DNA from: an uncultured Acidobacteriota bacterium
Lineage (GTDB): Bacteria > Acidobacteriota > Vicinamibacteria > Fen-336
Direction: 5' to 3'
Assembly: GCA_963720545.1 (NCBI GenBank)
Contig: OY970399.1
Coordinates: 896,001 to 960,000, forward strand
Length of the DNA stretch: 64,000 bases
In this document: positions 28,777 to 38,821 of the stretch, piece by piece
How positions within the stretch are numbered: the first letter of the stretch is position 1
Layout: each line of letters begins with the position of its first letter
Translations under genes and position numbers: made by a program
The notes under the pieces: model-generated
The model's database searches: none
The model's input: the letters and a program-made list of their open reading frames with translations, nothing else
Told to the model about the DNA's origin: nothing

Positions 28777-30165
28777 TTGGCGACCATCCTTGTTGTCGAC
28801 AACGATCCGGAGACGGTCGGCCTGACGCGGGCGGCCATGGCCCTCGCAGGCCATGAGGTCCTGACGACACTCGACCAGTCGAAGATCATCACGCTCGCCA
28901 AGGCGGCGCACGTGTCGGCCGTGGTTCTCGAGGTGCTGCTGCCCGACTTCTCGGGCTTCGACGTGCTGCGCGCGCTGCGCAAGGACCCGGACACCGCGAA
29001 GATGCCGGTGCTCATCACCTCGGTGCTCGGTTCCGGCGGCGACCGGGTGCGCGGGCTGTATGAGGGCGCCGACGATTACCTGACGAAGCCGTTCGTGCCG
29101 CTCGAGCTGGTGCTGCGCACCCAGCGGCTCATCGCGCGCGCCGAGGCCGACACCGCCCAGGACCAGAGCGAGTCCATCCGCCGCAGCCTGGCGCGCATCG
29201 AGCACCTGCGCGCCGAGGGCAAGCCGCTGACCGAGGTGGTCCTCGGCCGCTACCAGGTCACCGACATCCTCGGCGAAGGCGCCATGGGCACCGTGTTCCG
29301 CGGCTTCGACCCGCGCCTCAAGCGCTCGGTGGCGCTCAAGACCATCCGCCTCGTCGAGCATGTGGTGGAAGGCGACCCGAGCGAGCGCGTCCACCGCCTG
29401 CTGCTCGAGGCGATGATGGTCGCGCAGATCTCGAGCCCCAACATCGTCGCCGTCTACGACGTCGGGCACGCCCGCGACGCCGGCTACATCGTCATGGAGC
29501 TGGTGGACGGCCCCTCGCTGGAGACGCTCCTGGCGCGGGTCGGCAAGCTGACCGCGGCGCAGGCCGTGCCGCTCGCAGCCGCAATGTTCCGCGGCCTCGC
29601 CGCTGCCCACGACCATCGCCTCGTGCATCATGACGTGAAGCCCGGCAACGTGCTGCTGGGGCGCTCCGCCACCGTCAAGCTCACCGACTTCGGCGTCGCG
29701 GAGCTGCTGTCGGGCTGGGTGAAGGACTCGGAGAAGGTGTTCGGCACGCCGGGCTACCTGCCGCCCGAGGCGATCCGCGGCGACGGCTACGACCAGCGCG
29801 GCGACATCTTCGCGGCCGGCGTCGTCCTCTACCAGTGCCTCACCGGCGAGCGCGCGTTCGCCTCGGACACCGTCGAGGGCACGCTGCTGAAGACGGTGCG
29901 CGAACCGCTGCCGGCGACGTCGAAGACCAACGACACCGTGCCCGAGGAGCTCGATGCGCTGGTCGCCGAGCTGACCGCGAAGCACAAGTCGGCGCGCACG
30001 CGCACCGCCACTCTCGCGGCCGAGCGCCTCGAGAAACTGGCGTCGCGGAACGAATGGCGCTGGGACGCGTCGATCCTCGACATCCCCGGACGTCCCGAAG
30101 TCGCTGAGCAGGAGGCGCTTCGCGCGCGCCCCGTGCCGACCGCGCGCGTCGACCCCGCGCCTTAG
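28777..30165 (+). CDS. Receiver domain-Ser/Thr kinase fusion (cytoplasmic)
   Basis: ILVVDND...VVLEVLLP...GADDYLTKPF, then GEGAMG, VALK, HHDVKPGN, DFG, GTPGYLPPE; TTG start after GGAG. Confidence 0.88.
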   Translation: MATILVVDNDPETVGLTRAAMALAGHEVLTTLDQSKIITLAKAAHVSAVVLEVLLPDFSGFDVLRALRKDPDTAKMPVLITSVLGSGGDRVRGLYEGADDYLTKPFVPLELVLRTQRLIARAEADTAQDQSESIRRSLARIEHLRAEGKPLTEVVLGRYQVTDILGEGAMGTVFRGFDPRLKRSVALKTIRLVEHVVEGDPSERVHRLLLEAMMVAQISSPNIVAVYDVGHARDAGYIVMELVDGPSLETLLARVGKLTAAQAVPLAAAMFRGLAAAHDHRLVHHDVKPGNVLLGRSATVKLTDFGVAELLSGWVKDSEKVFGTPGYLPPEAIRGDGYDQRGDIFAAGVVLYQCLTGERAFASDTVEGTLLKTVREPLPATSKTNDTVPEELDALVAELTAKHKSARTRTATLAAERLEKLASRNEWRWDASILDIPGRPEVAEQEALRARPVPTARVDPAP

Positions 30166-30290
30166 CGTCTCGCGCGCGTAACGGCGCCGTCACGAGCCAT
30201 CCTTAGCCTTGACCGGCGAAGGGAAGAAGGCTCAGACTACTCGCGCTTTTTCGAAGCACCCTTCCTCAACGAGAACCCCAGGAGATCCCG

Positions 30291-33200
30291 ATGAACTGGC
30301 GTCCGCGCACCTTCCCCGGATGGCTCGCAATCCTGCTGCTCGGCACCCTCATGCCGGCGGCGCTCGCGCAGAACACGACCACAGGCGGCCTCAGCGGCAC
30401 GATCGCCGACAACAGCGGCGCTGCCCTGCCCGGCGCAACCGTCACCGCGGTGCACACCCCCACGGGCACCCGCTACCAGACCGTGAGCGGAGCAACCGGC
30501 AAGTATTCGCTCCTCAACATGCGCGTCGGAGGCCCGTATGCGGTCAGCGCCACGCTCAGCGGCTTCAAGGACTGGTCGCGCAAGGACGTGTTCGTGAAGC
30601 TCGGCGAGGAGGGCATCGTGAACGCCTCGCTCGAGCTCGGCACGCTTACCGAGGAAGTGACGGTGACGGCAGAGGTCAGCCTCATCAACCCCACCAGCAC
30701 CGGCCCGGCCGCGAACGTCGCGAAGGAAGCGATCGAGAGCCTGCCGACCATCGCCCGCGGGCTCGAGGACTTCGCCCGCGTCTCGCCGTACTTCGACGCC
30801 AAGGGCTCGGGCGACGGCACCGACCGGCCCGTGCTCTCGGTCGCCGGCCGCAACAACCGCTACAACAACATCCAGATCGACGGCGCAGTGAGCAACGACC
30901 TGTTCGCGATCAGCGACTCGAGCGCACCCGGCAACGGTTCGGACGGCCAGCCGATCAGCCTCGACGCGATCCAGGAGATCCAGCTGCTGGTCGCGCCCTA
31001 CGACGTACGCCAGGGCGGTTTCACCGGCGGCGGCCTGAACGCCATCACGCGCAGCGGCGCCAACGCGTTCTCGGGCACCGCCTACTACTTCTTCCGCAAC
31101 GACTCGCTCACCGGTGACGGCCCCACCCACACGCCGATCGCCCCGTACAGCGACAAGCAGTGGGGTGCCAGCCTCGGCGGGCCGATCGCGAAGGACAAGG
31201 CGTTCTTCTTCGCGAACGTGGACATCGCGCGCCGCCAGGCGCCGTCCGGGTTCTCGCTCGATGGCAGCTCCGGCACCAACTGGGGCCACACCGACGAGGT
31301 GGACCGCTTCCTCTCGATCCTGAGCTCGAAGTACAGCTACGATCCGGGCGGCAAGTCGGAGTTCGTGCGCAACGCCAACGCCGACAAGGTGTTCGGCCGC
31401 ATCGACTGGAACCTCGCGCCCAACCACCAGCTGACGCTGCGCCACAATTACCTCAAGGGCGTCACCGACCGCGGCTTCCCCTCGAGCCGTACCTACTACA
31501 TGCCCGACAACTGGTACCAGCCGCACGACAAGGTGCACTCGAGCGTCGCGCAGCTGAACAGCACCTTCGGCACCTCGGTCAACGAGTTCCGCGTCTCCTA
31601 CCAGCGCATCCGCACCGTAACCGACGGCCCGACGCTCTTCCCGCAGGTGATCGTGGACCTCGCCGACGGTTCGCAGATCCGCGCCGGCCGCGAGAACTTC
31701 CGCCATGCGAACGAGCTCGACCAGGACGTCTTCGAGCTGACCGACGACTTCACGCTGCATCGCGGCAATCACACCATCACGCTCGGCACCCACAACGAGT
31801 TCTTCAAGTTCCGCAACCTGTTCATCCGCGACCTGTTCGGCTCGTACCGCTTCAGCAGCCTCGACAACTTCGACGCCGGGCTGGCGCAGCAGTACGACCG
31901 CAGCTTCTCGCTGACGGGCCTCGCCCTGCAGCCCGCGAAGTTCAGCGTGCATCAGCTGGGGTTCTACGCCGGCGACACGTGGCGCGTGCGCTCCAACTTC
32001 ACGCTCACCTACGGCATCCGCCTCGACAAGCCGATCTTCCCGGACAAGCCGACCGCCAACCCGCTGCCCGAGCAGCTGTTCGGCTTCGCCACCAACGTGG
32101 TGCCGAGCCCGACGATGATCGCGCCGCGCCTCGGCTTCAACTGGAACCCCGGCGGCGCCGGCCGCCAGCAGGTGCGCGGCGGGCTCGGCATCTTCTCCGG
32201 CCGTACTCCCTACGTATGGCTCTCGAACCAGTACGGCAACACCGGCATCGAGTTCCAGCGCATCGGCGCGAGCTTCAGCACCACCAACCAGATTCCGTTC
32301 GTCGCCGACCCCAACGGCCAGCCCTCGACCGTCACCGGCGCCACGGGCACGGCGTTCCAGAACGAGATCGACGTGGTGGACCCGGACTACAAGTTCCCCA
32401 AGGTTCTGCGCACCAACATCGCCTACGACCGCGAGCTGCCGTTCCTCGGCCTCACCGGCACCGTCGAGTTCCTCTATTCGAAGGTGCTGCAGGACATCAA
32501 CTACCGCAACCTCAACCGCGTTCCCGGAACGACCACGCGGCCCGACGGCCGGCCGATCGCAACCCGCGTCTCGACGGCGCTCAGCGACGTCATCCTGCTG
32601 ACGAACACCACGCAGGGCCGGCAATGGTCGGTCGTGGGCAAGGTCGAGCGGCCGTACCGCAACGGCCTGTACGCGTCGCTCTCGTACATCTACGGGCGCT
32701 CCTACTCGATCAACGACGGCGGCAGCTCGCAGGCGGCTTCGAACTGGGGCAACGTCTACGTGCCGGGCGACTCGAACTCGGCGCCGCTGGCGCTTTCGAA
32801 CTACAGCCCGGGCAGCCGCATCAACGCGAGCCTGGCCTACAACTTCAACCTCGGCAAGATCGGCACCACCGCGGCGCTCTACTACAACGGCCAGTCTGGC
32901 CGTCCGTATTCGTTCGACTACAACGGCGACGCGAACGGCGACGGCCGCACCACCAACGACCTGATCTTCGTGCCGAGTAGCGCCGACCAGGTGATCTTCC
33001 GCAACGGCACCTTCGACCAGTTCCTGGCGTACGCGCAGAACGACCCGGCGCTCGCCACGGCGATCGGCGGGATCGTCGCGCGCAACGCCGGCCGTGCGCC
33101 GTGGACCGACCAGCTCGACCTGCGGCTCGCCTTCAAGATCCCGACGCCGGGCCGCAAGGCGACGCTCGAGCTGACCGCGGACGTCGTCAACCTGCTCAAC

Positions 33201-33398
33201 CTGATCGACAGCAGCAAGGGCGCGATCAACCTGGCGAGCTTCAACGACCTGAACCCGATCCGCTTCGCCACCGATCCGCTGACCGGCAAGTACGTCTACG
33301 ACCTTGCGACCATCAACGCCGCGACCTACGTGAAGTTCGACCGCGACGACCTCCACTCGCGCTGGCAGATGCAGCTGGGGGCGAGGGTCAGGTTTTAG
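30291..33398 (+). CDS. TonB-dependent receptor (Oar-like, N-terminal carboxypeptidase-regulatory-like domain)
   Basis: Signal peptide, ALPGATVTA, GGFTGGGLNAITRSG plug motif, APRLGFNW, C-terminal QLGARVRF. Confidence 0.93.
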   Translation: MNWRPRTFPGWLAILLLGTLMPAALAQNTTTGGLSGTIADNSGAALPGATVTAVHTPTGTRYQTVSGATGKYSLLNMRVGGPYAVSATLSGFKDWSRKDVFVKLGEEGIVNASLELGTLTEEVTVTAEVSLINPTSTGPAANVAKEAIESLPTIARGLEDFARVSPYFDAKGSGDGTDRPVLSVAGRNNRYNNIQIDGAVSNDLFAISDSSAPGNGSDGQPISLDAIQEIQLLVAPYDVRQGGFTGGGLNAITRSGANAFSGTAYYFFRNDSLTGDGPTHTPIAPYSDKQWGASLGGPIAKDKAFFFANVDIARRQAPSGFSLDGSSGTNWGHTDEVDRFLSILSSKYSYDPGGKSEFVRNANADKVFGRIDWNLAPNHQLTLRHNYLKGVTDRGFPSSRTYYMPDNWYQPHDKVHSSVAQLNSTFGTSVNEFRVSYQRIRTVTDGPTLFPQVIVDLADGSQIRAGRENFRHANELDQDVFELTDDFTLHRGNHTITLGTHNEFFKFRNLFIRDLFGSYRFSSLDNFDAGLAQQYDRSFSLTGLALQPAKFSVHQLGFYAGDTWRVRSNFTLTYGIRLDKPIFPDKPTANPLPEQLFGFATNVVPSPTMIAPRLGFNWNPGGAGRQQVRGGLGIFSGRTPYVWLSNQYGNTGIEFQRIGASFSTTNQIPFVADPNGQPSTVTGATGTAFQNEIDVVDPDYKFPKVLRTNIAYDRELPFLGLTGTVEFLYSKVLQDINYRNLNRVPGTTTRPDGRPIATRVSTALSDVILLTNTTQGRQWSVVGKVERPYRNGLYASLSYIYGRSYSINDGGSSQAASNWGNVYVPGDSNSAPLALSNYSPGSRINASLAYNFNLGKIGTTAALYYNGQSGRPYSFDYNGDANGDGRTTNDLIFVPSSADQVIFRNGTFDQFLAYAQNDPALATAIGGIVARNAGRAPWTDQLDLRLAFKIPTPGRKATLELTADVVNLLNLIDSSKGAINLASFNDLNPIRFATDPLTGKYVYDLATINAATYVKFDRDDLHSRWQMQLGARVRF

Positions 33399-33401
33399 CT
33401 C

Positions 33402-33441
33402 ATCGACGGATCGGCTGAAGTTCCCCGGCCGATCCGTCGAT
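33402..33441 (+). terminator. Strong hairpin after the TonB receptor (terminator or REP-like)
   Basis: 14-bp stem ATCGACGGATCGGC/GCCGATCCGTCGAT starting 4 nt after the stop. Confidence 0.7.
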
Positions 33442-33603
33442 CCGTTCCTTCGGTCGTTGCGCTGTTCGCTAACGAACACCCCTGTCCCGGAACAGGGAAT
33501 TCGCCGGGCACCGGTTTGTTTCCCGGGCGAAGTCACGGACAATAAAAGGGATCTTTCGCCGGAATTGCAGCGTCTCAAGGTCCGGGAGCGCATCCATATG
33601 CGG

Positions 33604-33619
33604 TGGCCCGCTCCGTGCA
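33604..33619 (+). promoter_or_regulatory. Possible sigma54 -24/-12 promoter of the TolC-family gene
   Basis: TGGCCC-GCTCC-GTGCA: GG-N10-GC spacing kept, 2 mismatches to TGGCAC-N5-TTGCW. Confidence 0.4.
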
Positions 33620-33662
33620 AGTAGTCCAGCGATTTCGATCTTTCCGGAGGGGTTCCTCGAAT

Positions 33663-35381
33663 ATGAAGGGTGTAAGCGCTCTGACGGTCGCCGCGGCGGC
33701 CCTGGCTTCGTTGCTGCTCGCGGGTCCAGGCCGCGCCCAGGATCCTTCGCCAACCCCATCGCCATCGCCATCGCCGTCGCCGTCCCCTGACCAAAGTGCG
33801 CAGCCCCTGCTGCAGAACACCCCCGCGACGGCGCCCGGCACCGGCACCGTCGATGCGCCCGACCGGCCCGTCCTCGAACTTGGACTCCAGGACGTTGTCG
33901 AGCGCGCGATGAAGAACAACGCGAGTATCGCGGTGCAGGCCTACGACACACGGCTCAGCGCAGAGGCGATCCGCAGCGCCAATGGCGCCTACGACCCGTT
34001 CATCACCTCGACCGTCAGCCGTCAGTCCGACACCCGGCCGTCCACCGGTTCGCTCTCCGGCGCCGCCACCCCCGAGTCGACTCAGGTCGTCTTCAACGTC
34101 GGCGCCTCGAAGATCCTCGAGACGGGCGGCCAGCTCGACGTGAACTTCGACAACAACCGCCTCAGGACCAACAGCATCTTCACCAACCCGAACCCGCAGT
34201 TCTCGAGCAACCTGCAGGCACAGCTGACGCAACCGCTGCTGCGCAACTTCCGCATCGACGCCTATCGCCAGAACGTGCGCGTCGCGAAGAAGAACAAGGA
34301 AATCTCGGACGTGCAGTTTCACCAGCTGGTCGTCAACACCATCGCCAACGCCAAGCAGCTCTACAACAACCTCATCGGCCAGATCGACAACCTGAGCGCG
34401 CAGCGCAAGAGCCTCGACCTGGCGAAGAAGCTGCTCGGCGAAAACCAGATCAAGGTCAAGGTCGGCACCATGGCGCCGCTCGACGTGGTCGCGGCCGAAT
34501 CGGAAGTGGCGAGCCGCGAAGAAGGCGTCATTCTCGCCGAGGCCGCCGTGGGCGACGCGGAGGACGCGCTGAAGGCGGCGATCTTCGCGCAGAGCGATCC
34601 CGACTCGTGGGCGTTTCGCATCGTGCCCAAAGACCGGCCCACGGCCGATGCCATGCCCATCAACATCGCCTCGGCCCTGCAGACGGCGCTCGAGAAGCGC
34701 TCCGACATCGTGGCGGCGCGCATGAACATCGAGAACGCCGACTACGCGGTCGGTTACACCGCCAACCAGGCGAAGCCGCGCGTCGACCTGATCGCCTCTT
34801 ACGGCCTCGCCGGCCTCGGCGGCACCACCCTGCCGGTCGAGCCCGTCCCCGGCGAGGAGCCGGTACCGACCGCGGCCTTTCCGCGTGGCTTCGGCGGCGC
34901 CCTCGGCAACGTCTTCAGCTTCGACTTCCCCACCTGGAACCTCGGCGTGAACTTCGCGTTTCCGCTCGGCAACCGCACCGCCAAGGCGGCGAACGCCCGC
35001 GCCCGCATCACCAAGGACCAGGCGCTCGCCGACTTCCGCCGGCTCGAGATCTCGGTGACCAACGAGGTGCGCTCCGCCGGCCGCGCGGTCGAGACGAACT
35101 TCAAGCGCGTCGAGTCGACGCGCGCCGCGCGCGTGCTGGCCGAGCGCCGCCTCGACGCCGAGCAGAAGCGGTTCAACGCCGGTATGTCCACGAACTTCCT
35201 CGTCACCCAGGCACAGCGTGACCTGAGCCTCGCGGAAGTCGGCGAGATCCAGGCGATCAGCGACTACCGCAACAGCGTCGTGAACTTCGAGCGCGTCCAG
35301 GAAGCGGGCGGCAACGGCGTCACCTTCGTCGGCTCGTCGGTCGGCACTTCGTCCGGCACCTCGACGCCTTCGGCCCGCTAG
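33663..35381 (+). CDS. TolC-family outer membrane factor with N-terminal Pro/Ser linker
   Basis: Signal peptide, PSPTPSPSPSPSPSP, LTQPLLR, KVGTMAPLDV, EQKRFNAGMSTNFLV; two OEP repeats. Confidence 0.9.
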   Translation: MKGVSALTVAAAALASLLLAGPGRAQDPSPTPSPSPSPSPSPDQSAQPLLQNTPATAPGTGTVDAPDRPVLELGLQDVVERAMKNNASIAVQAYDTRLSAEAIRSANGAYDPFITSTVSRQSDTRPSTGSLSGAATPESTQVVFNVGASKILETGGQLDVNFDNNRLRTNSIFTNPNPQFSSNLQAQLTQPLLRNFRIDAYRQNVRVAKKNKEISDVQFHQLVVNTIANAKQLYNNLIGQIDNLSAQRKSLDLAKKLLGENQIKVKVGTMAPLDVVAAESEVASREEGVILAEAAVGDAEDALKAAIFAQSDPDSWAFRIVPKDRPTADAMPINIASALQTALEKRSDIVAARMNIENADYAVGYTANQAKPRVDLIASYGLAGLGGTTLPVEPVPGEEPVPTAAFPRGFGGALGNVFSFDFPTWNLGVNFAFPLGNRTAKAANARARITKDQALADFRRLEISVTNEVRSAGRAVETNFKRVESTRAARVLAERRLDAEQKRFNAGMSTNFLVTQAQRDLSLAEVGEIQAISDYRNSVVNFERVQEAGGNGVTFVGSSVGTSSGTSTPSAR

Positions 35382-37711
35382 CGAACCGGCTCGAGCACCA
35401 GCCGGTTCTTCGTCTCGCGCAGAACCGCAGCGTCGCTGAACGGCAGCGGCGCATAGGTGCCGGCGAGCCAGCCCTTCAACAAGTCGTCGTAGTGCGGACT
35501 GCCGGGCTGGCCTGACTGTCCCGGCGCGCTGGTGAACACCGAGCGGTCCCAGTCGCCCAGGTCCAGGAGTTCGCGGAACGTGGCGCCGCCCACCTGCGCG
35601 TAGCCCTTGCTGGCCCGGTAGGTGCAGTTCACGGTGTCGTTGTCGCCCGGCCGAGGGTATGGACCGAGGTTGAAGAGCTTCCTGGTGGCGGCATCCCTGG
35701 CAAGAAAATGGCGGAAGGTCGCCTGATGCGCCTTGCCCCATGCCCACGACGCCGGATTGGGGCCAAGCACCTTGCTCAACTCGGCGTGGGCGGCGCGCAG
35801 CGCCTGGTCGAACAGCGACACCGTGGACGCGGCCGGCGGCGCTTTCGCCAGCTCCGCGATCATGGCCTCCGCCGACACCAGGCGCGCCAATGCCGCCGTG
35901 GGTTTCACTGCAGACGGCAGCATTGAAAGCGCATAGGTTTCCGATAGCTTGTCGAAGAAGACCGCGAACGCCGCCGCCGCAGCGCTGTCGCTGGTGAAAC
36001 GGTAGTCCCAGCCGCGCCACAGCGCGCGCAGCGCCTCGGCTTCGGCGCCCGCCACAGGCGCCGCCAGCACGGCCGGGACCAACGCGCGGGCCGGCCGCGA
36101 GAGCACGTCCTGCTGCAGCGCTTCGAGGTCGGCGAGGCTGTGCTTGCCCCGCCCGCGAAGCACCTCCTCGACACGGTCGAGACGAAAGCGCGGCGCCCAT
36201 TCGTAGCCGATCGGGTGCTTGTACGACTTGCCCATGGTGTTGTTGTTGGCAGTGGCGAAGAAGCCCTCCTCGGGATTGGTGACGCTCGGCAGTTCGCCCG
36301 GATCGAGGAAGCCTTGCCAGTCGAACTCGCCACTGTCGCCGGGCGCCGGCACCAGCCCGGATCCGGGCTTGCGAATCGGCGTCAGGCCCGTGGCCTGGTA
36401 GCCGATGTTGCCCTTGCGATCGGCCCACACGAAGTTCTCGCCGGGCATGCGCCAGCGGCGAGAGGCTTCGCGGAACGAGGCGCCGTCCTGCGCGCGGTCG
36501 AGGGCGAGGCCGGCGAGGTAGCCGGCTGTCCCCGGCTCGCCGCCCGTCCACTGCAGTGCGAAGGCGCGGTGGCCGGCGAGGTCCTCGAAGACGACCGGTC
36601 CGTGCCGTGTGTAGCGCAGCTCCACCTTCACCGCAGCCGAGCCCTTGATCCCCACTTCCTCCGAGACGACGCTCATCCGCTCCCAGCCGCCCGGTGTGCG
36701 GTAGCGCAGCGGTTCCGCCGGATCGGTAGCTTCGATGAACAGGTCCTGGGCATCGACCTGGAAGATCGTCAGGCCCCAGGCAACGTGCTCGTTGTGGCCG
36801 ATGGCGACGCCCGGGAACCACGGCACCACTGCGCCGATGACGTTCCAGCCCGGCGCCTGCAGGTGCACGAGGTAGCGCAGCGATGGATGGTCGAGTGAGC
36901 GGTGCGGGTCGTTCGCGAGCAGCGGCGCGCCGGTGGTGGTGCGCGAGCCGCTGAGTACCCAGTTGTTCGAGCCGTCATCGTCGCTCGCCACCTGCGCGGC
37001 GCCACCGATCAGCCCGAGCGCAGCGCCGAGGCCCGACGGGATGGTGCTCGGGTCGAAACCGGGCGGCACCAGCGGCGCGTCGCCGGGCTGCAGCGGCGCC
37101 AGCGCAAAGAGCGCCTCCTTGCCGAGGATGCCGAGTGCTGTGGCGCGCTCGACCTCGCGGCGCGCGTTGCCGCTCATGCCGAACGCCTCGGCGCGCGCCA
37201 GCAGGTCCTCCGCCTGCCAATGCTCGAGGGCGATGCCGGCGAGCGCGAACTCGCGCGGCTGCCTGCCGCGGAGCGAATCGACGTAGGCGTTTATGCCGCG
37301 CACGAAGCTCTCGCAGATGCGCTTTGCCTCGGGGTCGTAGCTCGCCCACTCCACCGCCATGTCGCCGCGGTAACGGGTCACCAGTCGCGTGATGCGGTCG
37401 CGCTCCACCCATTTCGGCCCGAGAAATTCCGCGAGCCGCCCCTGGGTCGAGCGGCGCCACAACTCCATCTGGAAGAGCCGGTCCTGCGCCTGCACGAAGC
37501 CCTGCGCGAAGAACATGTCGTCCGCGCCCTGCGCCTTGATGTGCGGAATGCCGCTGCGGTCGCGGCGCACCTCGACCGGCGCCAACAGCCCCTTGATGCG
37601 GATCGTGCCCGAGAGCTGCGCGAGCTCGGCGCGCGGTGCTCGTTCCCTGGCATGCGCAAGTGCCGGCGCGAGCAGCACAAGGCACGACAGGATCGTAATG
37701 GCACGGCGCAT
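35378..37711 (-). CDS. Penicillin acylase family Ntn-hydrolase (secreted)
   Basis: RDRSGIPHI, QGFVQAQDRLFQM, G|SNNW autocleavage site, LANDPH, TANN, PGQSG.P.SPHY. Confidence 0.92.
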   Translation of the reverse strand: MRRAITILSCLVLLAPALAHARERAPRAELAQLSGTIRIKGLLAPVEVRRDRSGIPHIKAQGADDMFFAQGFVQAQDRLFQMELWRRSTQGRLAEFLGPKWVERDRITRLVTRYRGDMAVEWASYDPEAKRICESFVRGINAYVDSLRGRQPREFALAGIALEHWQAEDLLARAEAFGMSGNARREVERATALGILGKEALFALAPLQPGDAPLVPPGFDPSTIPSGLGAALGLIGGAAQVASDDDGSNNWVLSGSRTTTGAPLLANDPHRSLDHPSLRYLVHLQAPGWNVIGAVVPWFPGVAIGHNEHVAWGLTIFQVDAQDLFIEATDPAEPLRYRTPGGWERMSVVSEEVGIKGSAAVKVELRYTRHGPVVFEDLAGHRAFALQWTGGEPGTAGYLAGLALDRAQDGASFREASRRWRMPGENFVWADRKGNIGYQATGLTPIRKPGSGLVPAPGDSGEFDWQGFLDPGELPSVTNPEEGFFATANNNTMGKSYKHPIGYEWAPRFRLDRVEEVLRGRGKHSLADLEALQQDVLSRPARALVPAVLAAPVAGAEAEALRALWRGWDYRFTSDSAAAAAFAVFFDKLSETYALSMLPSAVKPTAALARLVSAEAMIAELAKAPPAASTVSLFDQALRAAHAELSKVLGPNPASWAWGKAHQATFRHFLARDAATRKLFNLGPYPRPGDNDTVNCTYRASKGYAQVGGATFRELLDLGDWDRSVFTSAPGQSGQPGSPHYDDLLKGWLAGTYAPLPFSDAAVLRETKNRLVLEPVR

Positions 37712-37763
37712 GGGGTTCTCCTCGAGAGGTGCGGTGAGCGGGATTATGTATCATGCGCGCACC

Positions 37764-38693
37764 ATGAACACGATGACCACCTGGCGGGTACGCACAGCAG
37801 GCGTAGTCCTGGCGGCCGCCGCTTTGTCGGCCGCGCCGGCCGTCGCCGCCGACGCGCAGACACCAAAGGAACAAGCCCTCTGGAGCCAACTGCGCGCGCG
37901 CATCGCCGCAGCCGCCGAAGGGCTCGACGGCGTCGCCGGCGTGTTCGTCAAGGACCTCAAGACCGGCGACGTGATCGAGCTGCGCGCCGACGACGTGTTC
38001 CCGCAGGCGTCGAGCATCAAGCTCACCGTGCTCTACGAGCTCTATCGACAGGCGGACGAGGGCAGGATCGACCTTGGCGAGGTGACCCGTCCGCCGCTGC
38101 CGCGCGCCGGCGGTGGCGGCGTCCTGCAGGAACTGGGCGGCGACGTCAGCCTGACGTGGCGCGACCTCGCTGTGATGATGATGGGCTGGTCTGACAACGA
38201 GGCCACGAATGTCCTTATCCGGCGCCTCGGCATGCCCGCGATCGGGGCTCGGCTCACGGCGCTCGGGCTCAAGGAGACGCGCCTGCGCCGCGTCATGATG
38301 GACGTGGCCGCCGCGCGCCGCGGCGACGAGAACGTCTCGACGCCCCACGAAATGGGCCGGCTTATGGAGCTGTTGCAGCAGGGTTCCGGGCTCAAGCCGG
38401 CCTCGGCGCAGGACCTGATGAAGGTGGCGTCGGTGACCAAGGATTCGCCGTTTCGCGCACCGTTCCCGGAGGACCTGCCGGTGGCCGACAAGCCGGGCAG
38501 CCTGGAGGGCGTGCGCTGCGTGACCGCATTCGTGGCGCTGCCCGGGCGGCCGTACATCGCGGCGATCATGACGACGGCTTTGCAGCGGGAGCCCGACGGC
38601 GATGCCTTCATCACCGCGACCTCGCGCATGCTCTACGAAGTCTTCGGCCGGTTTGCGAAGGCGTCTCCTTACGGCCGCCTCGTCAACGAATGA
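37764..38693 (+). CDS. Class A beta-lactamase-related serine hydrolase (secreted)
   Basis: Signal peptide; FPQASSIK (SxxK), WSDN, DKPG (KTG-like); no evident omega-loop Glu (RRVMMD). Confidence 0.85.
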   Translation: MNTMTTWRVRTAGVVLAAAALSAAPAVAADAQTPKEQALWSQLRARIAAAAEGLDGVAGVFVKDLKTGDVIELRADDVFPQASSIKLTVLYELYRQADEGRIDLGEVTRPPLPRAGGGGVLQELGGDVSLTWRDLAVMMMGWSDNEATNVLIRRLGMPAIGARLTALGLKETRLRRVMMDVAAARRGDENVSTPHEMGRLMELLQQGSGLKPASAQDLMKVASVTKDSPFRAPFPEDLPVADKPGSLEGVRCVTAFVALPGRPYIAAIMTTALQREPDGDAFITATSRMLYEVFGRFAKASPYGRLVNE

Positions 38694-38794
38694 CAATCGG
38701 CCGCGGGCTGTTTGTAGATTCGTCGTCTCGCGGACCGGGTCGCGAAACGTATAAAGAGCGCACCCGTCGTTCCAACCACAAGAGTTAGCCGCAC

Positions 38795-38810
38795 CGGCAC
38801 GCCGCTTGCT
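38795..38810 (+). promoter_or_regulatory. Sigma54 -24/-12 promoter of the oxidoreductase pair
   Basis: CGGCAC-GCCGC-TTGCT, 11 bp before ATG 38822; upstream inverted repeat 38724-38749. Confidence 0.7.
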
Positions 38811-38821
38811 GGAATGACGGC

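Noticed and set aside
33745..33790. CCATCG/CCGTCG hexamer tandem repeat as a contingency locus
   Set aside because: In-frame, degenerate 6-nt units encoding a Pro/Ser linker; length change would not switch the frame.
30237..36821. 2194-aa minus-strand ORF
   Set aside because: Antisense or alternate-frame shadow of the TonB receptor, TolC and acylase genes; high GC3 suppresses stops and no protein motifs are present.
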